A stretch of DNA of 64,000 nucleotides from NCBI GenBank assembly GCA_964016885.1, contig OZ024740.1, forward strand, positions 265,174,001 to 265,238,000, read 5' to 3'. Positions 55,601 through 64,000 of this stretch are shown here, one piece after another. The translations under genes and the position numbers were made by a program. Under the pieces are notes generated by a model. It had not been told where the DNA came from. It worked only from the letters and a program-made list of their open reading frames with translations, and did not search any database. Position 1 is the stretch's first letter, and the number at the start of each line of letters is the position of its first letter. Source of the stretch: Eledone cirrhosa. Taxonomy: Eukaryota.

Positions 55601-56265
55601 GACGTAAAACAAGAATATTATAAAAATTAACTTACTTACTAAAATTTCACTCCATCTAATTAGTTTCTGAAAGGGAATAAACATGGTTTCCAAATGGAAA
55701 GCTTGGAGAAGCCGTTTCGTCATCAGGAGTCAATTCTCAGCTAGGTTCCCAGGCGATGCGTGGACACAGGGAACTTATACAAAAATAATTCGGTGGATAG
55801 TAAAAAGCAAGTGTGGACTAAATTCCAAGACATTGAAAAATCCCTGCCTACTTGGTCGGTGGCAAATTGAAAAGAATCAATTACGTGACATCGAGGTTAA
55901 TTAGTGGGGAGTGGGGTGTTAAAATGACAGTAGCCGAGCCATTACTGTGAACTATAGTAGCAGTTTTGGCAAATTTTTGCTAAACAAAATAATTTGGAGA
56001 TAATTATAAAGAATTAGTATATGTACCAACATATATACAGATGCATACCTAAGCTAGCAAATATATAGGTTTTGTCTTAGTAACTTTGTGGTTCAATGCA
56101 AGGGGATGCAGAACAATTATATGAAAGATGTAAAATAAGAAAATTATAAAAATTAACTTACTTACTAAAATTTCACTCCAACTAATTAGTTTCTGAAAGG
56201 GAATAAACATGATTTCCAAATCGAGAAGCCGTTTCGTCATCAGGAAGTCTGTTCTCAGCTAAGTT
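55596..56265 (-). repeat. Diverged subfamily of the HHR tandem repeat (about 526-bp period)
   Basis: Reverse-complement homology to 38125-39203; HHR motifs at 55649-55730 (GAT in place of GTT) and 56175-56248 (intact). Confidence 0.85.
56175..56248 (-). ncRNA. Type-I hammerhead ribozyme, subfamily 2
   Basis: Minus strand: ACTTC-CTGATGA-C GAAA..TTTC A-GAAA-CTAATTAG-TT-GGAGT. Confidence 0.8.
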
Positions 56266-56451
56266 ACTAGGGGATGTGTGTGTATATATGTGTATATATA
56301 TGTGTATATGTATTTATGTATATATGTAGGTATGTGGATGTTTGTGTATATATGTATATATGTATATATATATATATATATGTGTGTGTATGTATATATG
56401 TGTATGTATGTGTATATGTATGTATGTATGTATGTATGTGTGTATGTCTGT

Positions 56452-56517
<66 letters not shown>

Positions 56518-56563
56518 GTGTATATATGCATACGTGTATATGTGTATATATGCATATATATAA

Positions 56564-56596
<33 letters not shown>

Positions 56597-56682
56597 TGTG
56601 TATATATATGTATATATATATATGTGTATGTGTGTATATATATGTATATATATATATGTATGTGTATATATGTATATGTATG

Positions 56683-56800
<118 letters not shown>

Positions 56801-57287
56801 TGTGTGTGGTGCGCGCGTATGTGTGTGCGAGTGTGTGTGTTTCAGAATGTGTCTGCTGACATTTGGAATACAGCTTAAGATATACTTGAAGATAATGGTA
56901 TGATAGGCACTCAATATTTTGAACTGGTCTATAGAATTCTCTAGGTATTTTTCACTCTAGTTAGAACCTTAAAGAAATAGCTTTTAAAGAATTTCCCTAT
57001 TTTTTAATTCCATCAACCATGACGGACCCCCAACTATCTTATAGACACCTGAAATATAGGCACTGTTAGCTTAAGAGAAACTTAAAAATAAGCAGTGTCA
57101 CCCCATTCTGAACTTGTTTATAGAATTCTTTCTGCCTTTGTTACTCTAAATATAAATTATAGCTTTAAAGAATTATCTTTTAATGAATTCACTTTTCTAT
57201 CAACCAATGACCTCTACCCATCCCACTCCCCACCCTCCCCTACCACCCGAAGAGACCTATAAATACCATATTTATTTTTTGATACCC

Positions 57288-57338
57288 AGATTCCTGATAA
57301 TTTCTAAAGAATGAAACAGTTCTAGTCCGGTAGAATCT
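57288..57338 (+). ncRNA. Degenerate hammerhead related to 35845
   Basis: AGATTC-CTGATAA-TTTCtaaAGAAT-GAAA-CAG ttctagtc CGG-TA-GAATCT; G8A and a stem III mismatch. Confidence 0.55.
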
Positions 57339-58075
57339 CATCTATTTTAAAACTTTTATATATATATATATATTATTGCTCACAATAATTTCTATACTTT
57401 TCATTTATATTTATACTCGGATTTCTTTCCTAGAGTGCTTAAAATTATTTGTGAATAATCCCGTCTTTTAAAAAAAAAAACGCGATAATATTGCTTTTGC
57501 TGAGCTCCTTATATTGTAGAGTTTTTTTCGGAATGTTTTTGACTGTTAATTCATGTAAACAGACATTCGTCTCTTTCTGACGTCACCAGCCCTGTCTCTA
57601 CATGTGCGTTTGTCTTCATAATTACGCATGATGTTGAACTAGCCTGCTTTTAAATTATTTTTTGGAATATTATAAACAGTGACACTTTGGTTATCGTGTC
57701 TTTGAGCTCTGCTGATGATCGATTACGACCGTGACCATCCCCACAGAAAGCTTCGTGAAATAGTCTTTTTTAAGACTATACAGAGCATTTGTAGTTTTTC
57801 CAAATTGAAGGATGAGTATTTTAAACTTTATTTTATTCTGACTTAAGACTTTATTGATTTTTCCCTGGATTTCACTAAATTCTATTGATGAATGTATCTT
57901 TTGATTCTTTTTGAATTGAGTTTAAATTATTTTCCCACATCTTACGTTAATTATTTTTCCATTTTGACGTTATAGTCACATATATTATGGAATACTGTTG
58001 GCTTCTTTGCTCACAATAATTTCTATACTTTTCATATATATATATATATATATGTAGGAGGTGAGTTTTTGAGCT

Positions 58076-58114
<39 letters not shown>

Positions 58115-58140
58115 GGAGGTGAGTTTTTGATCTTATATAT

Positions 58141-58188
<48 letters not shown>

Positions 58189-58282
58189 CTGTGTGTGTGT
58201 GTGTGTGTGTGGACACACACAAACTCACACACACACACATACATATATATATATGTATGTGTGTGTGTCTCCATCTTTCTCA

Positions 58283-58362
<80 letters not shown>

Positions 58363-58763
58363 GTATATGTACATACATACATATAGTTTTGACAACTTAA
58401 ATGAAAGTTTCTTTGGAAAAAGAGTGGAGTGGGGAGCTACGTTTTGTCAAGTTTCAACATCCATGTTTGTATTTTACATTTTCTTTTTAATTCTTAATTT
58501 GCTTTATCAGTAAATCGCAAAATCGCATTAAACTTTTGGCTGTTCTACACAGATAACTTAAGATGCTATTATATTTTTTCTTAACTTTTCTTAGTTTTGA
58601 GGATTTTTTCTTATATGTGTGTGTGTGTGTTTTTGCATGCACCAAGTTTTAAACAAATCATGAAGACTAAGCAGAACAATAATAGTATTATTCGTGCTAA
58701 TAAGAACAAACAACAAATACTCACCAGGAAAAGCGCTAGGAATGATGACACACTGAGTAATAT

Positions 58764-58844
<81 letters not shown>

Positions 58845-58896
58845 CAGCAGCAGCAGCAGTAGCAGTAGCAGCAATAGCAGCAGCAGCAGCCGCAGC

Positions 58897-58969
<73 letters not shown>
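58764..58969. repeat. (TAG)n/(CAG)n microsatellite
   Basis: Directly visible. Confidence 0.95.
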
Positions 58970-59029
58970 ATTTACTATTACTACTAATGCCACCTCTGCT
59001 GCTAAGACTACTGATACTTCTAATAATAA

Positions 59030-62000
59030 TAATTTATTTATTATTTGCCACAAGGGCCGTACATAGAGGGCAATACAAAGACTGGGGCAGTTGGGTTTAC
59101 ATACAATCGTATTAAAAAAAATTAACAAAAACAATTAACAAAAAGAATCAACAATAGAATCAACAATAGGGGTGAGGATACCACTGAGTAGTGACGTTAG
59201 GCACCCCACATATTCCAACCCACCCTCAAGTCCATGAGCACCCTAGGAGGGCGCACCTCTCTCCTTCAATCTTTCCTCTCAACAGGCGCATATTCAGAGT
59301 GGGCCTTTTCACACCGGTCATCCTCACAAAAATCACCCACCATTAAAAAATGTTCTGGGCGCAGCATTTCTCTCTCCACCCTCATCTTCCTTTCCCAGTG
59401 GAATTTGAAAAATTGGTTTGGCCAAAGAGGAAAATGTCTGACTTCAGACATTTCAGTTGCGTCCACCACACAACCTCTTTCGCTACAGCTATCATAAAGA
59501 GAAAACATACCTGCTCTTTCTAGCCAAAAGAAGGCGGCATGTCGATCTTCACTATGGACTCGGTCGATAACCGGGTCCGTCCCACACGTGATAACAGCTG
59601 TTCGACATAACTCCATAAGTCAGCGATACAGGGGCACTAAATGAGTGCGTGAAAAATGGTTTCGTCACTCTGCACACAACTCGGACAGTTCCGTCTGACA
59701 GCACTCCATGCCTGTAGAGTTTATCTTGAACCGGCAGGGCTGCCCCGTGGCACTGCCAAGCGAGGGACTTCTGAAAATTGGCCATACTCCCCGGTTCGAA
59801 AGTCGTCCGGAAAATACTGGCTACTTCGCTTACATCGATGTCTAGATGCTCTCCGAGACCGCCGTGGCACTTGCCCGCCATTAATCTTCTATAGATCTCA
59901 AGTGTGGAAGTTCCACTGACAGCATTGCCTGCCTGTTAGAGGACTGTCCACGCTTGACAACATTCTAGATGCCACGCACCCTGTCTCGGTCTCTTCGTGA
60001 CCCAAGACTTCAGCTCAGTCAATGAGACGAGCTGTGGAAAGGCTCGCCTCATAAACGGCGACCACACATACAGAATACATGGAGATGCCACAGCCTCAGC
60101 GTATTTTTGCGCATCATTAACCACGGCATACCCAGCCCTCGACATAGAGAGTGCTAGCCGCAGATGGACCACCATAACAACGGAAACTGTCCCCTCCACA
60201 AGCAGTTGAAGAGTATAGGTTCCAATTTGGCGAAGCGCGAACGGGAGCAAGACACGAAAGTCAAGCGGTAATATACGACGGCTGCGATGAATGCGGTCGG
60301 TACCCACGCCGACCTTTCAGTGACAGATTTCTTCATCTCTTGGTGAGTGCGGCAAACCTAATATGTAACCTCGTCCCAGATGTTTTCCTCGTGGAGGTCG
60401 GTCCGTACCAAACCCTGAGCAACTTGGACTTGCCCCACCATGTGCTGAGCTGCAAGCCCACTAACCTTTCCGGGTCCATGTTCGCTCTACTCCACCTTTC
60501 ATATTACGTCAAGTATGTGCCGACCATTTCGACTTCCGACGTGTTCGACACCATCAGGGTGATGTCACCTGCATAAGCCGACACAGCTTTTCCATGTCCC
60601 GGTTCGAGCAGGATCACCTGCAAAAGCTCCAACTTCCGCAGTAAAGGCTCAAGAATCAATATGAATATAAGGGAGGAGAGAGGGCACCATTGACGGAACA
60701 ATAGCGAGATCTGAAACAGTTCCAAAATATGGCCATTAACTTTGACCATCGAACTGACGACGCTATTGGAAGGAATGGACCTGCCTCTCCAGATCCCGAG
60801 CCCAGGTCCACTGATTTTTCCCGGTTAATATTTTCGTCCTGTCACCCCTTAGTATTTTCTCAGAGCAGTGCTGGTCGCTTCGATTTGTTTGGCACTCGAC
60901 ACGACTACAGTGATGTCGTGGGCATCAGCTGACATGGTTCCCCGAATCTTAGTTCACGCGGGATGCCCCTCAAAGTCTCCTGTTTGTGCACAAATGGCTC
61001 TAGAGAAAACCATGGACAAGAGGGGATAGCCTTGTTGAACCGAGCGCATGATGTCGCTGTGCATTCCAGCGATTCACCCTCTTAAAACGGACCAAAAACA
61101 GACTACCCTGTAGACCACCGCCAAGTACCGATGCTCGACCATGTCGATTGCTTTCGACTGATCCAAGTTTGATTAGAGTCCCACCCGTGCCATGTTCCTT
61201 ATCGACCCTCTTTATGATGTATCGCATGAGGGAGAGGTTGTCGTGGATCGATCTGTCTGGAATGGCACATGTCTGTGAGTTTCCACCAGACACCCGACGA
61301 CAAGTGCCAACCTCGTCTCTAACAATTTTGAACTCTGTTTTGCAGTTTGCCCACCTGAAATTTTATATGTCGACCCTCTTATTCAGATCCTTTCGCAGCA
61401 CCGCAACTACTCCTCGGCTAAGAGAACTGGGAAATCTCATATTCTGCTGCCAGTTGAAGTTGACACCAGTCAAAATGTCGCCGAACAAGTCTGGTATATG
61501 AACGTCAGGTTCGTAGAGCAGACCATCCAAACCAAGCGATTTACGCTTTTTACGGTTAATCATTGTATCCGATATTTCTGCTGCTTTAATCGGCCTTTCG
61601 CAGGACTCCCTCTCCGTCGTTGAGAACCGAGGTAGGTACTGCAGTCTATCTCGTGATTCATCCCGTCGCTGCTTCTGAACAGTTGAGCAAATTGGTGCTG
61701 AAAGGCCGCACACATCTGCTTGGGGTCGAGTAATATGCTCCCGTTATTGTGTGCCAGAGACCGGATTGTGGTTTTGTTGCGAACCTGCAACTCCACCACT
61801 CAGGCACATTGAACGGCTTTTGTCCAGTCCACTCATGGCTAAGAGCACATGCCCTAGCTCTGACAACGTAGCCTTCGTGCTTAGAATTGAAGAATTGATC
61901 GAGGGCCAATCTCGCCGCAAGCACATTAGTTCCGATGATTTTACTAGTCGCCTCGTCTAACTTTCTAAGTAGTTCTCCCTCTGCACTTTGGATTCTATTC

Positions 62001-62540
62001 TAATCACCATTTTCAGGTTGAACCAACGTTTGTTGTTGACGACTGCCTCCGTTAACGCCCGCTTAACGAATTCACTAATCAGATCACTGTAGGCTTTGCA
62101 CTCCGAGAGCAACGCGTTCAATTTCCAGTAGCTGGGTCCCTGTCTATGGAACCTATCTAGATCGACTATACACAACACAAATATGTAGTCTATTATCTAT
62201 AATTGTGGACAACTTGTGCTAGACCTATCTAATTCCCTACAAAATATCTAGATACGATCTGGATGATCTAATGTGGTTTGGCCATGTCCACATTGGCACA
62301 TTCGGCATATCCAGTCGTCACCTTTCAGAAAGTTGGAAAAGTCTGAGCAGGTCTGCGAGGCTTTGAAACCCTTCTCCACCATCCTCTAGTCCCACACAGT
62401 CCCAACATGGCTCCAAGATCCCGTTCCAATCGCCCACTAACAGTAAAGAGCGAGACGTTCCTTTGAAGGTTTCCAGATGCAGGGTATAGATGGCTACTAA
62501 ATTCTAAAAGTGTGCCCTTCGCTGCTGGTCACCAGCAACA
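59030..62540 (-). mobile_element. Decayed Tx1/L1-clade LINE ORF2 (APE endonuclease, RT)
   Basis: GPSYWKLN, KSLGLDGL.YE, QTCAIPDRSIHDNL, RQWCPLSSL.F.L.LEPL, AYAGDIT in broken frames. Confidence 0.85.
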
Positions 62541-63289
62541 GGGGAAGTGATCTGGCTTCACATAGTCGTTACTAAGCAACTGATCACATACAGAATGTAG
62601 GCGTACCTAGACACAAATAGACGAAGGAAGAGTACGCTACACTGATTGAAAGCCACGAAACGGTAAAAATGGAAGTCGTGGAGTAGGACAACGTACTGCG
62701 AGCTTTTGGATGGAATAGAGCATGCTTGAGTTTTCTGAAAGTAAAGTAATGAATCAAGTGAGGAATCAAGAAGGAAGGGCTGGTTAACTGACATAAAAAT
62801 ATCTCCGATTAGTGAACGCTTAAAGGAACCTGTAGATGAACAACAAGGGGAGGTTAGAGCAGAAGCTGAAGTCGTTCCCAGGTAGAAGGAAGACAGTAAA
62901 ATTGGCAACAGGTTTAGTGAGATTGTGATGGGTATGTTAGGGCTGCTTAAGAAGAATGCTATCATTGAACCCTGGTATAGCTGAGGATGAGAATGATGAT
63001 GCAAGAAGAGGGATTCACTTGGATGATGAGTCGCTTGACTCACGTAGACGGCTTATAGATTTGATAAATGTCCCAGAAGAAAGAATTCTAATGAATATGA
63101 GAAGAGTAGATAGGGGGTGGCGTGATAATTGAAACCACATGCTGTCATGCTACACATGCAGAGAGAAGACATAACGCAAACGTGGAACCTAATCGGGACT
63201 TTAAAGGAATAAATGGGATTGACGAGCATTAAACAAAGTAATGTAAAAGAAAACATGATGGAAAAGACGTATTGAATATGCCATAATCC

Positions 63290-64000
63290 GGTTAAGGCAA
63301 GATCTAAGGAAAATTGAGCAATGGTTTAGAAGAAAGTGGAAAATGGGAAAAAGGCTGATCGAAAAGCACTAGACAAGACATAAAATACTGAAGAGTGGAT
63401 TCCATACAGTAATAGAATAGCTATAACAAAATTCTCTCAAAATAAAACAGACTATAATATATAAATAGAAATAAACATTTTTAAGGATAAAAGATTGTTC
63501 CAAAATAATACAAAACAATTCATCCGTATTTTGGAAGGAAGCAATTGGAATGTAAAGGATCCTACCCTAATGTTGATAAGGACAAGGAGTACTGGAATGG
63601 GATATGGGGAAGCAGTATGAGCCATAGAAAGGATACCAAGGGGATAGACGCCATCGAGACGGAATTGCAAGGAAGAAATATACAAAAAGATATTACCATA
63701 CAGTCGATGTGAAGGATCAAGTAGCCAAGATACCAACCTGGAAATCCTCCAGACTAGATGGAAACCATGGGTTTTGGTTGAAGAGATGCAGAGCAATACA
63801 TGAAATACTGGCAACACAATTGAATGATTCTGTCCAGAGAGATGCAGTCCCCACCTGGGTGATTACAGGCAAATCAACGTTTGTGATAAGGGGAATGATA
63901 TGGCAAACTACTGCGCTATAGCATGCCTAAACGAAATTAGGAAGGCTCTCACTGGGATAAATCTGGGGAAGACATATGCTTTCCTATCACAGAAAGGAAT
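63290..64000 (+). mobile_element. Decayed R4/Dong-like non-LTR retrotransposon RT N-terminal region, runs off the window
   Basis: WKSSRLDGNHGFWLKR..IH..LA.QL..P.W..TG.ST resembles the R4-clade WKAPGPDG..GFWLK motif. Confidence 0.65.

Noticed and set aside
57705-57775. CTGATGA...GAAAGCTT hammerhead-like spacing
   Set aside because: Stems I and II do not close properly.
62558-63256. Minus-strand ORFs as another LINE or gene
   Set aside because: No recognisable motif.

Overview
AT-rich metazoan genomic DNA. The SINE families and (TA)n/(CA)n density suggest a mollusc, probably an octopus-like cephalopod (inference). I found no host gene; most ORFs in the track are microsatellite read-throughs. 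The window is a stack of decayed transposons: one Gypsy LTR element (5' LTR, tRNA-Trp PBS, gag-pol), two long Helitrons plus a fragment, an RTE LINE with TSD, a Tx1/L1-like LINE, an R4-like LINE fragment, many tRNA-derived SINEs, and at least four lineages of Penelope-like elements (PLEs) inside (TA)n tracts. The main signal is RNA-structural. By eye, more than 15 type-I hammerhead ribozyme (HHR) motifs from about 8 unrelated sequence families can be folded. They occur as (i) a non-coding tandem repeat of about 530-540 nt with one HHR per unit (retrozyme/circRNA-like, with stem II covariation between two subfamilies), and (ii) a recurrent (TA)n-embedded asymmetric fold-back design (short arm / inverted long arm plus a 45-90 nt tail) ranging from 3 kb down to about 30 bp. 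The 41-56 kb region is a nested PLE stack that was tandemly duplicated with an internal deletion, creating an in-frame chimera of two PLE lineages. All RNA folds were paired by eye, not computed.
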